Source: a virus. Taken from it: a stretch of 38,999 bases of DNA. Location: UHGV virus genome UHGV-1350822. The stretch is one strand, 5' to 3'. Position numbers and translations under genes: made by a program. Shown one piece after another: positions 26,584 through 37,039 of the stretch (the first letter of the stretch is position 1; each line of letters starts with the position of its first letter). The notes beneath the pieces were generated by a model. That model saw only the letters and a program-made list of their open reading frames with translations, searched no databases and was not told the DNA's origin.

Positions 26584-27017
26584 GCAGAGTAACCGCGATT
26601 ATCTCCGCTCTGGTTATCTGCATCATCGTCTGCCTGTCATGGGCTGTTAATCATTACCGTGATAACGCCATGACCTACAAAGAGCAGCGCGATAAAGCCA
26701 CATCCATCATCGCTGATATGCAGAAGCGTCAACGTGATGTAGCAGAACTCGACGCCAGATACACAAAGGAGCTTGCTGATGCTAACGCGACTATCGAAAG
26801 TCTCCGTGCTGATGTTTCTGCTGGGCGTAAGCGCCTGCAAGTCGCCGCCACCTGTGCAAAGTCAACGACCGGAGCCAGCGGCATGGGCGATGGAGAAAGC
26901 CCAAGACTTACAGCAGATGCTGAACTCAATTATTACCGTCTCCGAAGTGGAATCGACAAGATAACCGCGCAGGTTAACTACTTGCAGGAATACATCAGGA
27001 CGCAATGCCTTCGATGA
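26580..27017 (+). CDS. Rz: i-spanin Rz
   Basis: N-terminal TM anchor followed by coiled-coil; N-terminus identical to lambda Rz, middle divergent. Confidence 0.9.
   Translation: MSRVTAIISALVICIIVCLSWAVNHYRDNAMTYKEQRDKATSIIADMQKRQRDVAELDARYTKELADANATIESLRADVSAGRKRLQVAATCAKSTTGASGMGDGESPRLTADAELNYYRLRSGIDKITAQVNYLQEYIRTQCLR
26773..26964 (+). CDS. Rz1: o-spanin Rz1 (lipoprotein embedded in the +1 frame of Rz)
   Basis: Signal peptide with lipobox VSAC followed by a Pro-rich segment ([13 protein letters not shown]), nested within Rz. Confidence 0.8.
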   Translation: MLMLTRLSKVSVLMFLLGVSACKSPPPVQSQRPEPAAWAMEKAQDLQQMLNSIITVSEVESTR

Positions 27018-27191
27018 TAGCGATAATTTTACTCATCATCCTTCACATCTGGCTCTGTAGACAGGGTGGTGATCACTTCTGGAGTGAATCCAGATTAAAC
27101 ATCTCATTGCTGATGCTTGAAGTTGAGCATCTGGCGCGCGGTAAGGGGCTGCGTTGAGATAAGAGCCAGTTCATTACAAATACCAGGATTT

Positions 27192-27216
27192 AGCCTCGCA
27201 TTCGCGGGGCTTTTTA
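27192..27216 (+). terminator. Rho-independent terminator downstream of the lysis cassette
   Basis: Stem AGCCTCGC/GCGGGGCT (one G-U pair) with ATTC loop, followed by TTTTT. Confidence 0.6.
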
Positions 27217-27359
27217 TATCTGAATTTCACAGCGCATCTCACGCGCATATTAACGAGAGCCTTTCAGTAAGCGAGCCTGAGAAATGCCGTTATAGGTGGC
27301 GACCTCTCTCGGGCGGCTTTTCTGTGAGACAGGCTCACTTTCTAAAAGGTAAAGACGCT

Positions 27360-27878
27360 ATGAATCATCAATTGGCTAATCTCGATTTCCGGGACATGGT
27401 GGTTGTTTCTGGTGATCGCGTGATCACAACCTCCCGCAAGGTAGCAGCTTACTTCGACAAGCAGCATCACCACATCATTCAGAAAATCGAAAAGCTAGAC
27501 TGTTCGGATGAATTTCTAACCAGCAACTTTTCGCGGGTTACCTATGAACACAAGGGTAATCAGTATGTTGAATATGAAATTTCCAAAGACGGCGCGATGT
27601 ACATCATCATGTCGTTTACCGGCAAAAAAGCTGCCGCCATCAAAGAGGCGTTTATCAAAGCATTTAATTGGATGCGTGACAGGCTGATGGAGATGGCTCA
27701 CTCATACCAAAGAGAGCACAACGAGTTAATGCTGGAGTTCATGAAGGAAAAGGATGTTGCCAGTATGTCAGGACGCTTGCTGAACCGCTGGGGCAGGATC
27801 AAAAAACCGCAACTCATAGCAAGAATCGAAAGGCTTGAGCAGCAGGCGCAAATATCGATCCCCGGACTGCCAAAGTGA
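27360..27878 (+). CDS. rha: Rha-family phage regulatory protein
   Basis: 172 aa from ATG 27360; N-terminal Rha signature (...VVVSGDRVITTSRKVAAYFDKQHHHIIQKIEKL...); same position as P22 rha between lysis and packaging genes; the ORF-track N-terminal extension is unlikely. Confidence 0.75.
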   Translation: MNHQLANLDFRDMVVVSGDRVITTSRKVAAYFDKQHHHIIQKIEKLDCSDEFLTSNFSRVTYEHKGNQYVEYEISKDGAMYIIMSFTGKKAAAIKEAFIKAFNWMRDRLMEMAHSYQREHNELMLEFMKEKDVASMSGRLLNRWGRIKKPQLIARIERLEQQAQISIPGLPK

Positions 27879-28074
27879 CCATTCCAAATCCCATCTACGG
27901 GTGGGCTTGATAATGAAACTGTGATTTACATCCCCACAATCCGGGTATGTAAAAAATAGTTCAGGCGAGAACAGATTTAACTAAATCTGTGCACCACCAG
28001 TTACGGCAGTACCACGAAGCAACCCAAGCCAGTAAGTGGGGAAATAACACTGGCAGCCACTGAAAGATGAACCT

Positions 28075-28174
28075 NNNNNNNNNNNNNNNNNNNNNNNNNN
28101 NNNNNNNNNNNNNNNNNNNNNNNNNNNNNNNNNNNNNNNNNNNNNNNNNNNNNNNNNNNNNNNNNNNNNNNNNN
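28075..28174. other. Assembly gap (100 Ns) flanked by 55-bp duplicated sequence
   Basis: 28020-28074 is identical to 28175-28229. Confidence 0.95.
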
Positions 28175-28385
28175 CAACCCAAGCCAGTAAGTGGGGAAAT
28201 AACACTGGCAGCCACTGAAAGATGAACCTCCAGCCTTATGGCAAAAAAGATTCTTTGTGGTGGCGGACTGATGGAAAGACATCGGTTATTGCAGAGGCCA
28301 TTCAATGAGTGGTCTCGACAATGGCTTATACCCTACACGGGATAACTTAACTGATATCCCTTTTAACGGATAAACGGAGCCAACA

Positions 28386-28628
28386 ATGGCAGAGATTATT
28401 CCCATGACTGAAGAACAGAAATTCCAGTTAGAGATTTACAAACTGGTCATGAACCAGAACGCAGCCGCAGAGGAAGCATTTCAGTTCATTGGCACTGACG
28501 AACTGAAGCTTGAGTTATTCAAAATTCACTTCCAGTCAGGCGGCGCTAATTCAGATATCACGATCCGCACATTCGAAGCAGTGCGTAAATCGAAGGAAGC
28601 GTTAGACCTGTTCACTACCGGAGCATAA
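28386..28628 (+). CDS. Hypothetical protein upstream of the small terminase (orf80 position in P22)
   Basis: 80-aa ORF with GGAG RBS. Confidence 0.6.
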   Translation: MAEIIPMTEEQKFQLEIYKLVMNQNAAAEEAFQFIGTDELKLELFKIHFQSGGANSDITIRTFEAVRKSKEALDLFTTGA

Positions 28629-28630
28629 AC

Positions 28631-29071
28631 ATGGCGCGCCCAACAAAGTATCAAGAGGCGTATGCCGAACAGGCACGCAAACTGTGCTTGCTGGGCTACA
28701 CCGATGCAGAACTTGCTGATTTCTTTGAAGTCAGTGAGTCAACTATTAACAAGTGGAAGCTTGATTATCCTAAGTTTTCGGAGTCCATAAAAAAGGGTAA
28801 GGCCGTCGCTGATGCAGAAGTTAGTGACCGTCTTTATCAACGCGCTATGGGCTTTGTGGCTCCAGACATCGATATTCGTGTTATTGAAAACAGAATTGTC
28901 GAAACTCCGCTTGAGAAGTATTACCCGCCTGATACAACCGCCGCCATCTTCTGGCTTAAGAACCGACAGAAGGATAAATGGCGCGACAAGGTTGATCACG
29001 AGCTAACAGGCAAAGACGGCGGCGCAATTCAGATTGAAACATCACCGATGAGCACTCTATTCGGAAAATGA
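28631..29071 (+). CDS. Terminase small subunit
   Basis: 146-aa protein with N-terminal HTH-like DNA-binding region; immediately upstream of and overlapping TerL. Confidence 0.8.
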   Translation: MARPTKYQEAYAEQARKLCLLGYTDAELADFFEVSESTINKWKLDYPKFSESIKKGKAVADAEVSDRLYQRAMGFVAPDIDIRVIENRIVETPLEKYYPPDTTAAIFWLKNRQKDKWRDKVDHELTGKDGGAIQIETSPMSTLFGK

Positions 29072-30483
29072 CCTCGATTAATCCTATCTTTGAACCGTTC
29101 ATTGAGGCGCATCGCTACAAAGTTGCCAAAGGCGGTCGAGGTAGCGGTAAATCATGGGCAATTGCGAGGCTGCTTGTTGAGGCGGCACGTCGGCAGCCTG
29201 TGCGTATTCTCTGCGCTCGTGAACTGCAAAACAGTATCAGCGATTCGGTAATCCGGTTGCTTGAAGATACCATCGAGCGTGAAGGGTATTCGGCTGAGTT
29301 TGAAATTCAGCGTTCCATGATTCGTCATCTCGGAACGAATGCTGAGTTCATGTTCTACGGCATCAAAAACAACCCGACGAAGATTAAATCGCTCGAAGGC
29401 ATTGATATCTGCTGGGTGGAAGAAGCGGAAGCGGTAACGAAGGAATCATGGGATATCCTGATACCAACCATCCGTAAGCCGTTCTCTGAAATATGGGTGA
29501 GCTTTAACCCGAAGAACATACTCGACGATACCTATCAGCGATTCGTTGTAAATCCTCCCGATGATATTTGCCTGCTGACGGTGAACTACACCGACAATCC
29601 GCACTTTCCTGAAGTTCTCCGTCTGGAGATGGAAGAGTGCAAACGCAGAAATCCGACACTGTATCGTCACATCTGGCTTGGTGAGCCAGTAAGCGCAAGT
29701 GATATGGCAATCATCAAACGTGAATGGCTTGAAGCCGCAACCGATGCGCACAAGAAACTCGGATGGAAAGCGAAAGGCGCTGTTGTCTCTGCGCATGACC
29801 CATCAGATACAGGGCCAGATGCTAAAGGTTATGCATCGCGTCACGGTTCGGTTGTTAAGCGCATTGCCGAAGGCCTGCTGATGGACATCAACGAGGGTGC
29901 TGACTGGGCTACTTCGCTGGCGATTGAAGACGGCGCTGACCATTACCTGTGGGATGGTGATGGTGTTGGTGCCGGGCTACGCAGACAGACAACGGAAGCG
30001 TTCTCCGGCAAGAAAATCACCGCCACGATGTTCAAGGGCAGCGAATCGCCATTCGATGAAGATGCGCCATATCAGGCCGGAGCATGGGCTGATGAAGTCG
30101 TACAGGGTGACAACGTTCGCACTATTGGTGATGTGTTCCGCAATAAGCGAGCGCAATTCTATTACGCGCTGGCTGACAGGCTTTATCTGACATATCGGTC
30201 GGTTGTCCACGGTGAGTATGCAGACCCCGACGACATGCTGAGTTTCGACAAAGAAGCGATAGGCGAGAAGATGCTGGAGAAGCTGTTTGCAGAACTGACG
30301 CAGATTCAGCGCAAATTCAATAACAACGGGAAGCTGGAGCTAATGACTAAGGTCGAAATGAAGCAGAAGCTCGGCATTCCATCTCCTAACCTGGCTGATG
30401 CGCTGATGATGTGTATGCATTGCCCGGAGTCGGCTGCGCAACCCGACTATTCCAGTTACTCAATTCCTTGTGGTGTAGGTTGA
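29068..30483 (+). CDS. Terminase large subunit (ATPase/nuclease)
   Basis: Walker A KGGRGSGKS; 471 aa; ATGA overlap with TerS. Confidence 0.95.
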   Translation: MTSINPIFEPFIEAHRYKVAKGGRGSGKSWAIARLLVEAARRQPVRILCARELQNSISDSVIRLLEDTIEREGYSAEFEIQRSMIRHLGTNAEFMFYGIKNNPTKIKSLEGIDICWVEEAEAVTKESWDILIPTIRKPFSEIWVSFNPKNILDDTYQRFVVNPPDDICLLTVNYTDNPHFPEVLRLEMEECKRRNPTLYRHIWLGEPVSASDMAIIKREWLEAATDAHKKLGWKAKGAVVSAHDPSDTGPDAKGYASRHGSVVKRIAEGLLMDINEGADWATSLAIEDGADHYLWDGDGVGAGLRRQTTEAFSGKKITATMFKGSESPFDEDAPYQAGAWADEVVQGDNVRTIGDVFRNKRAQFYYALADRLYLTYRSVVHGEYADPDDMLSFDKEAIGEKMLEKLFAELTQIQRKFNNNGKLELMTKVEMKQKLGIPSPNLADALMMCMHCPESAAQPDYSSYSIPCGVG

Positions 30484-30484
30484 T

Positions 30485-32683
30485 ATGGCAGAAAAAAAGA
30501 TGACTGACTGGCATCGCAAGGTGCTGTGCAACTTTGATAATGCCTGGTCAGCAACGAAGGATATGCGTGAGCAGATTATAGAAGCTCAACGCTTCGTCAG
30601 GGTGTCCGGCGCACAGTGGGAAGGCAGCACAAATGCTGGTTACTCATTTGATGAAGGCAGGTTCGAGCATTATCCGCGCTTTGAACTGAATAAGATTGCC
30701 CGTGAATGTGATCGCATCATTGGCGAGTATCGACAGAATCGCATCAGCGTTAAATTCAGGCCGAAGGATGACAAGGCATCGGAAGCGTTAGCCGAAAAAA
30801 TGAACGGCAAATTCCGCGCTGACTATCAGGAAACATCCGGTGGCGAAGCGTGTGATAACGCATTTGATGATGCTGTAACGGGCGGATTCGGTTGTTTCCG
30901 CATGTGTGCTGATTACGAAGATGAAATGGATCCGAGTAACGAGCAGCGACGCATCAGCCTTCTTCCTGTTTACGACCCGGCGACATGCGTCTTCTTTGAT
31001 CAGGACAGCAAGCAATATGACCGCTCTGATGCTATGTGGGCTATGGAAATGTTCTCCATGACGCCTAAAGCGTTCGAGGCTGAATACCCTGATTCCATCG
31101 CGGCAAGCCTTTCTCGTGATGACACTGGTACTCAGTATGACTGGTCAACTCCTGATGCCATCTATGTTGGACGCTACTACGAAGTCCGCATAGAGAAGGT
31201 GAAGCTCACAGCATGGCGTAACCCTGTCAGCGGAGAAACGGCAATCTATGATGAAGAGCAAATCAAAGATATTGTCGACGAGCTGACCGATGGTGCATTC
31301 GAACTGATTGGCGAGCGAACGGTGAAGAAACGCCGCGTTTATTGCGGTCTTCTGTCTGGCGCTGAATGGCTGGAAGAACCGAAGCGTATTCCGGGCGAAC
31401 ATATTCCTCTCATCCCGGTATATGGGCGTCGCTCATTTGTTGATAATCAGGAGCGAATCGAAGGCCACGCTGCAAAAGCGATGGATGCACAGCGTCTTGA
31501 GAACCTGATGGTTTCCATGATTGCAGATAACGCTACTCAGGCTGGCGGTGATGGCATTCCTGTAGTTGATGTTGACATGATTCCTGGTCCTCTCGCCACT
31601 CATTGGGCGGAGCGCAACAAAAAGCGCCCGGCGTTCCTGCCGATGGTCAGTCTGAAAAACAAAAACGGAGATATTACTGCGCAGGCTCAGGTCAGCAGTT
31701 ATACGCCTTCGACACAAATGCCTCCAGCTCTTGCCGGGCTATTGCAGTACACCGGAACGGCTATTCAGCAAATTACAGGTGCGTCTCAGCTTGAGAACAT
31801 GCCGAGCAACGTCGCCACCGATACCGTTGATAGCATCTTTAACCGGATGGATACGCAGTCCTATATCTACATGGACAACATGGCTAAATCCATGCGTCGC
31901 GCTGGCGTTGTGTGGCTTTCTATGGCGCGTGAGGTCTATGGAAGTGATACGCCGATGCGTATCGTTAATGAGGATGGCAGCGATGACGTGGCGCTGATGA
32001 CTGGTGAAGTGGTTGACCGTCAGACAGGGCAGGTTATCGCGCTTAACGACCTTTCGCAGGGTAACTATGAAGTGACTGTCGATGTCGGTCAGTCGTTCGC
32101 TACTCGCCGTGATGCAACGGTTAAGTCGTTACTTTCCATGCTGGCACTTATCCCACCAGGAACGCCGAAGCACGACCTTGTATCGTCGATGATTCTCGAC
32201 AATATGGACGGCGAAGGGATGGACGACCTTAAAGAATACAACCGCAATCAGTTGCTTCTGTCTGGCGTTATCAAGCCGAGAACGCCTGAAGAACAGCAGA
32301 TGGTTGAACAGGCGAAACAACAACAGGCCAGTCAGCCAGATCCGGCTATGGTTGCAGCGCAAGGTCAGCTTCTTGCTGGTCAGGCTGAATTGCAGAAAGC
32401 GCAGAACGAACAGGCAGCCATTCAGGTTAAAGCATTCCAGGCACAGACGGATGCTCAGGTTGCTGCGGCAAATGTTGTGAAAATCCTCGCATCTGCCGAT
32501 AGCCAGCAAAAATCTGATATCCGTGAGGCGCTGAAACTGCTCGGACAGTTCCAGCAACAGCAAGGAGACAATGCCCGTGCTGATGCAGAGCTTGTCCTGA
32601 AAAGTCAGGCACAGGGCCATGCACAACGAATGGACATCAGCAGCATCCTGCAAAAATCAACCCAGCAACAACCACAGCAGTAA
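30485..32683 (+). CDS. Portal protein (P22 gp1 type with long C-terminal Gln-rich barrel helix)
   Basis: 732 aa; position after TerL; C-terminal Q/A-rich coiled segment. Confidence 0.9.
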   Translation: MAEKKMTDWHRKVLCNFDNAWSATKDMREQIIEAQRFVRVSGAQWEGSTNAGYSFDEGRFEHYPRFELNKIARECDRIIGEYRQNRISVKFRPKDDKASEALAEKMNGKFRADYQETSGGEACDNAFDDAVTGGFGCFRMCADYEDEMDPSNEQRRISLLPVYDPATCVFFDQDSKQYDRSDAMWAMEMFSMTPKAFEAEYPDSIAASLSRDDTGTQYDWSTPDAIYVGRYYEVRIEKVKLTAWRNPVSGETAIYDEEQIKDIVDELTDGAFELIGERTVKKRRVYCGLLSGAEWLEEPKRIPGEHIPLIPVYGRRSFVDNQERIEGHAAKAMDAQRLENLMVSMIADNATQAGGDGIPVVDVDMIPGPLATHWAERNKKRPAFLPMVSLKNKNGDITAQAQVSSYTPSTQMPPALAGLLQYTGTAIQQITGASQLENMPSNVATDTVDSIFNRMDTQSYIYMDNMAKSMRRAGVVWLSMAREVYGSDTPMRIVNEDGSDDVALMTGEVVDRQTGQVIALNDLSQGNYEVTVDVGQSFATRRDATVKSLLSMLALIPPGTPKHDLVSSMILDNMDGEGMDDLKEYNRNQLLLSGVIKPRTPEEQQMVEQAKQQQASQPDPAMVAAQGQLLAGQAELQKAQNEQAAIQVKAFQAQTDAQVAAANVVKILASADSQQKSDIREALKLLGQFQQQQGDNARADAELVLKSQAQGHAQRMDISSILQKSTQQQPQQ

Positions 32684-32773
32684 TTAACCCATAACGTGCA
32701 ATGGCTGTCTTTATGAGGCCTTGCACCCTATTGCCTTCCGATGGGCTGAACATCGAGTAAACAGGGGTAACAA

Positions 32774-33667
32774 ATGGACCAGATGGCAGAAAACACACCA
32801 GAAGTTGAAATCGAAACCGACGCGTCAGAGCAGATTCCTGATGATGTCGAACTGGCTGAAGAAGTCGAAACAGAAGATGGCAGTGAGTCCTCCGGCAATG
32901 ATGCAGAGGAAGCTACTGAAACTGATGACGACGAATCAGAACAGGAATTCTACTTTGGTGACGAAAAGCTGGATTCGCCAACCAGCGAAGATGGCGCTGA
33001 GCATGGACTGGTAAAACACCTGCGCAAGACGATTAAAGAGAAAGACCGCGAGCTGAAAGAGCTGATGCGTCAGTCTCAGAAACCCGTCGAGCAGCAGCCG
33101 GTAATCACTCACCCACCGCGAATGCCAAAACTGGATGATGAGGACATCGGTTTCGATGAAGAAATCTACCAGCAACGCATGGCTAAGTGGGCAGAGGATA
33201 ACGGCAAGTACCAGCAACAGGAGATGGCTCGCAAGCAGAAGGAGCAGGAGCTTCAGGCTGCCTATCAAGAGCGATTATCCAAATATCAGCAACGTGTTAA
33301 GGCTCTCAAAGTTCCTGGCTATCAGGAAGCTGAGCAGGCCGTACTCGAGGAAATTCCCATCGAGACACAAAACGCGATCCTGTTTGAGTCAGAGAAGCCG
33401 GAAATCGTTGTTCTGGCGCTCGGTCGCAACGCTGAACTGCGCAAGCAACTGGCAGAAGCTACCAACCCCGTAGCAATTGGTCGTCTGCTGGAACGTATCG
33501 AATCGAAGGCCAGAATCATGCCAAAAGCAAAAACCACGGCAGCCACAACCCCGACAGTTAAGGGGAGCAACGGCGCAGTAATCAATAACCTCGACAAACT
33601 GAAAGCCAAGGCGCTGGAAACTGGTGACTGGACGCCGTATTTCGCCGCTAAAAAGGCAAAAAAATAA
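32774..33667 (+). CDS. Scaffolding protein
   Basis: 297 aa, highly acidic and helical with charged repeats, basic C-terminus; between portal and coat. Confidence 0.85.
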   Translation: MDQMAENTPEVEIETDASEQIPDDVELAEEVETEDGSESSGNDAEEATETDDDESEQEFYFGDEKLDSPTSEDGAEHGLVKHLRKTIKEKDRELKELMRQSQKPVEQQPVITHPPRMPKLDDEDIGFDEEIYQQRMAKWAEDNGKYQQQEMARKQKEQELQAAYQERLSKYQQRVKALKVPGYQEAEQAVLEEIPIETQNAILFESEKPEIVVLALGRNAELRKQLAEATNPVAIGRLLERIESKARIMPKAKTTAATTPTVKGSNGAVINNLDKLKAKALETGDWTPYFAAKKAKK

Positions 33668-33685
33668 CCTATCGGAGCATTAAGC

Positions 33686-34939
33686 ATGGCTAACCAATTA
33701 GCAAAAGACCTTGAAATCATGTTCGAAAACTACGTTGAAGGCTTTGAGGCCGCCTGCGTAGTTTCCCGTAACGCTAAAAAATTCCGTCCCGGTGATACCG
33801 CAATGCAGCGAGCAGGTGATGTTCTGTATCGTCCGCAGCATTACCACATGAACATTGAAGAAGGCCTCGATCTCAGCGGCAAAACGCCTACAGCACTGGT
33901 TCAGCGCCTTGTTCCTTCTGTGTTCAAGGAGCCGAAAAACATTCTGTACACTCTGGATGCGCGTGAAATGCGTGACCCGGAACATAAAACTGAAGCTGGT
34001 CGAGCCGCAGGTATGCGCCTTGCTGCACAGATTGACTCTGACCTGATTTCCATGGTCACGCAGCGTGCTACTAACGTGATCACGATGGGTGACTCAACCA
34101 CAGGTTCACAGGGCCGTGATTTGTGGAACTGTGCGGCAGGTATTGATGCCACCATGACGGCGATTGGTGTACCTCAGGGTATCAACCGTCGCTCTTTCTG
34201 GAACCCCTTCAACTACAAAGACCTTGCTGGCGAGCTTGGTCACCGTGCCTATGCTCAGGGCGCAACCCTGACAGCATACGAAAAAGCGCAGATCCCTCCG
34301 GTTGCGTCCTTCGATAGCTACAAGACCGATATTTCTGGTCGTGTTCCGAAGGGTACAGCAACTTCCATTACGCTGGCAGCAGCACCTGCGCACAAGGTTG
34401 AAGCGAAAGATGCTAACGATATGCCAGTGGATAACCGACAGGGGACCATTACGGTATCTGCTGAAGGTTTGCAGGTTGGCGATGCGTTTACCATTGCAGG
34501 GGTGAATTCTGTACACCAGATCACCAAAGATACCACCGGGCAGCCGCAGGTATTCCGCGTTCTGGCAGTAAGCGGAACGACAGTAACTATCTCCCCGAAA
34601 ATTCTGCCGCCTGACAACGCGGATGTCGCCAGCCGACCATATGCAAACGTTGATGCTAACGCGGCAAATGGTGCAGCAATTACCATTCTCAACAAAAATG
34701 CCGCACCGGCTAACCTGTTCTGGGCTGATGGTTCTGTTGAGCTGATGTACGGCAAACTGGCGTTCCCGACTGGTCAGGGTCCACAGGTAATGACAGCAAC
34801 CACCGAGCAGGGCGCTACGCTGATCATGTCTTACGCCTTCGACCACATCAAAGGCGTAACCACTGCTCGTTTCACCACTCTGTACGGTTGCTCTGTACTT
34901 GTTCCTGAATATACGGGCATCGTTATTGCCGGGCAGTAA
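33686..34939 (+). CDS. Major capsid (coat) protein
   Basis: 417 aa; position; followed by a strong terminator, as expected for a highly expressed coat gene. Confidence 0.9.
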   Translation: MANQLAKDLEIMFENYVEGFEAACVVSRNAKKFRPGDTAMQRAGDVLYRPQHYHMNIEEGLDLSGKTPTALVQRLVPSVFKEPKNILYTLDAREMRDPEHKTEAGRAAGMRLAAQIDSDLISMVTQRATNVITMGDSTTGSQGRDLWNCAAGIDATMTAIGVPQGINRRSFWNPFNYKDLAGELGHRAYAQGATLTAYEKAQIPPVASFDSYKTDISGRVPKGTATSITLAAAPAHKVEAKDANDMPVDNRQGTITVSAEGLQVGDAFTIAGVNSVHQITKDTTGQPQVFRVLAVSGTTVTISPKILPPDNADVASRPYANVDANAANGAAITILNKNAAPANLFWADGSVELMYGKLAFPTGQGPQVMTATTEQGATLIMSYAFDHIKGVTTARFTTLYGCSVLVPEYTGIVIAGQ

Positions 34940-34946
34940 TTTTGGT

Positions 34947-34966
34947 GGGGCTTCGGCCCCATTTTT
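34947..34966 (+). terminator. Rho-independent terminator with UUCG tetraloop after the coat gene
   Basis: GGGGC-TTCG-GCCCC followed by ATTTTTATT. Confidence 0.8.
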
Positions 34967-34980
34967 ATTGGGAGAAGACA

Positions 34981-35169
34981 ATGGCACGAACAATGCTCTA
35001 TAAGCCTGGCAACATGATCACCTGTGGTCAGTTTGCTGTCGATTACGTCATTGTTGATGACGAAGAAGTTAAATCTCACCTGAAAAAAGGTTGGGTAAAA
35101 ACTCCTGAAGAAACCGCAACGAAGCAAAAAGTGGCTAAGGCGGAAGAAGATGGCAAAAACGAAGGGTGA
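34981..35169 (+). CDS. Small hypothetical virion-region protein
   Basis: 62 aa from ATG 34981; the ORF track starts earlier at 34942, inside the terminator. Confidence 0.45.
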   Translation: MARTMLYKPGNMITCGQFAVDYVIVDDEEVKSHLKKGWVKTPEETATKQKVAKAEEDGKNEG

Positions 35170-35611
35170 TCTCGTTCTAAAGGCTTTGCGAAAAGCCGGG
35201 TTGTATTCCAATGCCACGTTGACAGATGCTGACCCTCAGGCAATTGAAGATGCCATTAATGACCTCGAAGACATGATGGCAGCATGGCAGGCGAAAGGTA
35301 TCGAGCTTGGGTATCAGTTTGCTGATACAGAAAACGGCATCATGCCGTTACCTGACGATGATTCAGGTATCCCTACATGGGCAAATGATGGCGTCGCTTT
35401 GAAACTCGCTGTGCAAGTGTGCATGGATAACGTCATTCAGCCGTCAGACGCTCTCCTTACCGCTGCTGACAGTGCATATCAAACAATCTGTATCGCTTTA
35501 ACCAAAATACCACCACTTGAGCGGCGAAATGACATGCCTCGCGGTAGTGGTAACAAAAGCGCGTTTACGTGGAATCGGTTTTACATCGAGAAAGATGATC
35601 CGAGTACGTGA
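35150..35611 (+). CDS. gp4-like head-tail adaptor (tail accessory factor)
   Basis: 153 aa; synteny with P22 gene 4. Confidence 0.8.
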   Translation: MAKTKGDLVLKALRKAGLYSNATLTDADPQAIEDAINDLEDMMAAWQAKGIELGYQFADTENGIMPLPDDDSGIPTWANDGVALKLAVQVCMDNVIQPSDALLTAADSAYQTICIALTKIPPLERRNDMPRGSGNKSAFTWNRFYIEKDDPST

Positions 35612-35620
35612 GGTGAATAA

Positions 35621-37039
35621 ATGCCGATTCAGCAACTTCCGCTCATGAAAGGCGTCGGCAAAGACTTTAGAAACGCCGACTATATCGACTATCTGCCAGT
35701 GAATATGTTGGCTACACCCAAAGAAATCCTTAACAGCAGCGGATATCTTCGCTCATTCCCGGGCATTGCCAAACGTTCTGATGTGAACGGTGTATCTCGC
35801 GGCGTCGAGTACAACATGGCGCAGAGTGCTGTTTATCGCGTGTGTGGTGGCAAACTGTACAAAGGAGAAAGCGAGGTTGGTGATGTTGCCGGAAGTGGTC
35901 GCGTATCAATGGCGCATGGTCGGACATCACAGGCGGTAGGCGTTAATGGTCAACTGGTCGAGTATCGCTATGATGGCACGGTTAAAACAGTCTCAAACTG
36001 GCCTACAGACAGCGGATTCACGCAGTATGAGTTAGGTTCGGTTCGTGACGTTACGCGCTTACGTGGGCGTTATGCGTGGTCAAAAGATGGTACTGATTCA
36101 TGGTTTATCACTGACCTTGAAGACGAATCGCATCCTGACCGCTACAGCGCACAATATCGCGCAGAATCGCAGCCGGACGGTATCCTCGGCATCGGAACAT
36201 GGCGAGACTTCATCGTCTGCTTTGGTTCATCGACGATTGAATATTTTTCCCTGACTGGGGCAACCACCGTTGGTGCCGCTTTGTATGTCGCACAGCCATC
36301 ACTGATGGTGCAGAAAGGCATTGCCGGAACTTACTGCAAAACGCCGTTTGCTGATTCGTATGCGTTCATCAGCAATCCGGCAACAGGTGCTCCGTCTGTA
36401 TACATCATCGGCTCCGGTCAGGTATCACCAATCGCCAGCGCGAGCATTGAGAAAATTCTCCGCTCCTACACTGCTGATGAACTGGCTGATGGTGTGATGG
36501 AGTCTCTGCGATTTGATGCGCATGAGCTGCTGATTATCCATCTTCCGCGCCATGTTCTCGTGTACGACGCATCTTCAAGCGCCAATGGTCCGCAATGGTG
36601 TGTGCTGAAAACGGGCCTGTATGACGATGTGTACCGCGCTATCGACTTCATTTACGAAGGCAATCGGATAACGTGCGGTGATAAGCTGGAGTCCGTGACC
36701 GGGAAATTGCAATTCGACATCAGCAGCCAGTACGACAAGCAACAGGAACACCTGCTGTTTACTCCACTCTTCAAAGCAGATAACGCCAGAGTTTTCGACC
36801 TTGAAGTTGAATCTTCAACTGGCGTTGCGCAGTATGCTGACCGCCTTTTTCTCTCTGCAACCACTGACGGCATCAATTACGGGCGTGAGCAGATGATTGA
36901 GCAGAATGAACCGTTCGTTTACGACAAACGTGTTTTGTGGAAGCGAGTAGGGCGCATCAGGAAAAATGTTGGCTTCAAATTGCGCGTTATCACGAAGTCA
37001 CCTGTCACTCTGTCAGGCTGCCAGATAAGGATTGAGTAA
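35621..37039 (+). CDS. gp10-like tail hub protein
   Basis: 472 aa, the same length as P22 gp10; synteny. Confidence 0.85.
   Translation: MPIQQLPLMKGVGKDFRNADYIDYLPVNMLATPKEILNSSGYLRSFPGIAKRSDVNGVSRGVEYNMAQSAVYRVCGGKLYKGESEVGDVAGSGRVSMAHGRTSQAVGVNGQLVEYRYDGTVKTVSNWPTDSGFTQYELGSVRDVTRLRGRYAWSKDGTDSWFITDLEDESHPDRYSAQYRAESQPDGILGIGTWRDFIVCFGSSTIEYFSLTGATTVGAALYVAQPSLMVQKGIAGTYCKTPFADSYAFISNPATGAPSVYIIGSGQVSPIASASIEKILRSYTADELADGVMESLRFDAHELLIIHLPRHVLVYDASSSANGPQWCVLKTGLYDDVYRAIDFIYEGNRITCGDKLESVTGKLQFDISSQYDKQQEHLLFTPLFKADNARVFDLEVESSTGVAQYADRLFLSATTDGINYGREQMIEQNEPFVYDKRVLWKRVGRIRKNVGFKLRVITKSPVTLSGCQIRIE

Noticed and set aside
27961-28305. Minus-strand ORFs with X runs (27961..28305, 27981..28205, 28001..28282)
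   Set aside because: They span the second N-gap; artefacts.
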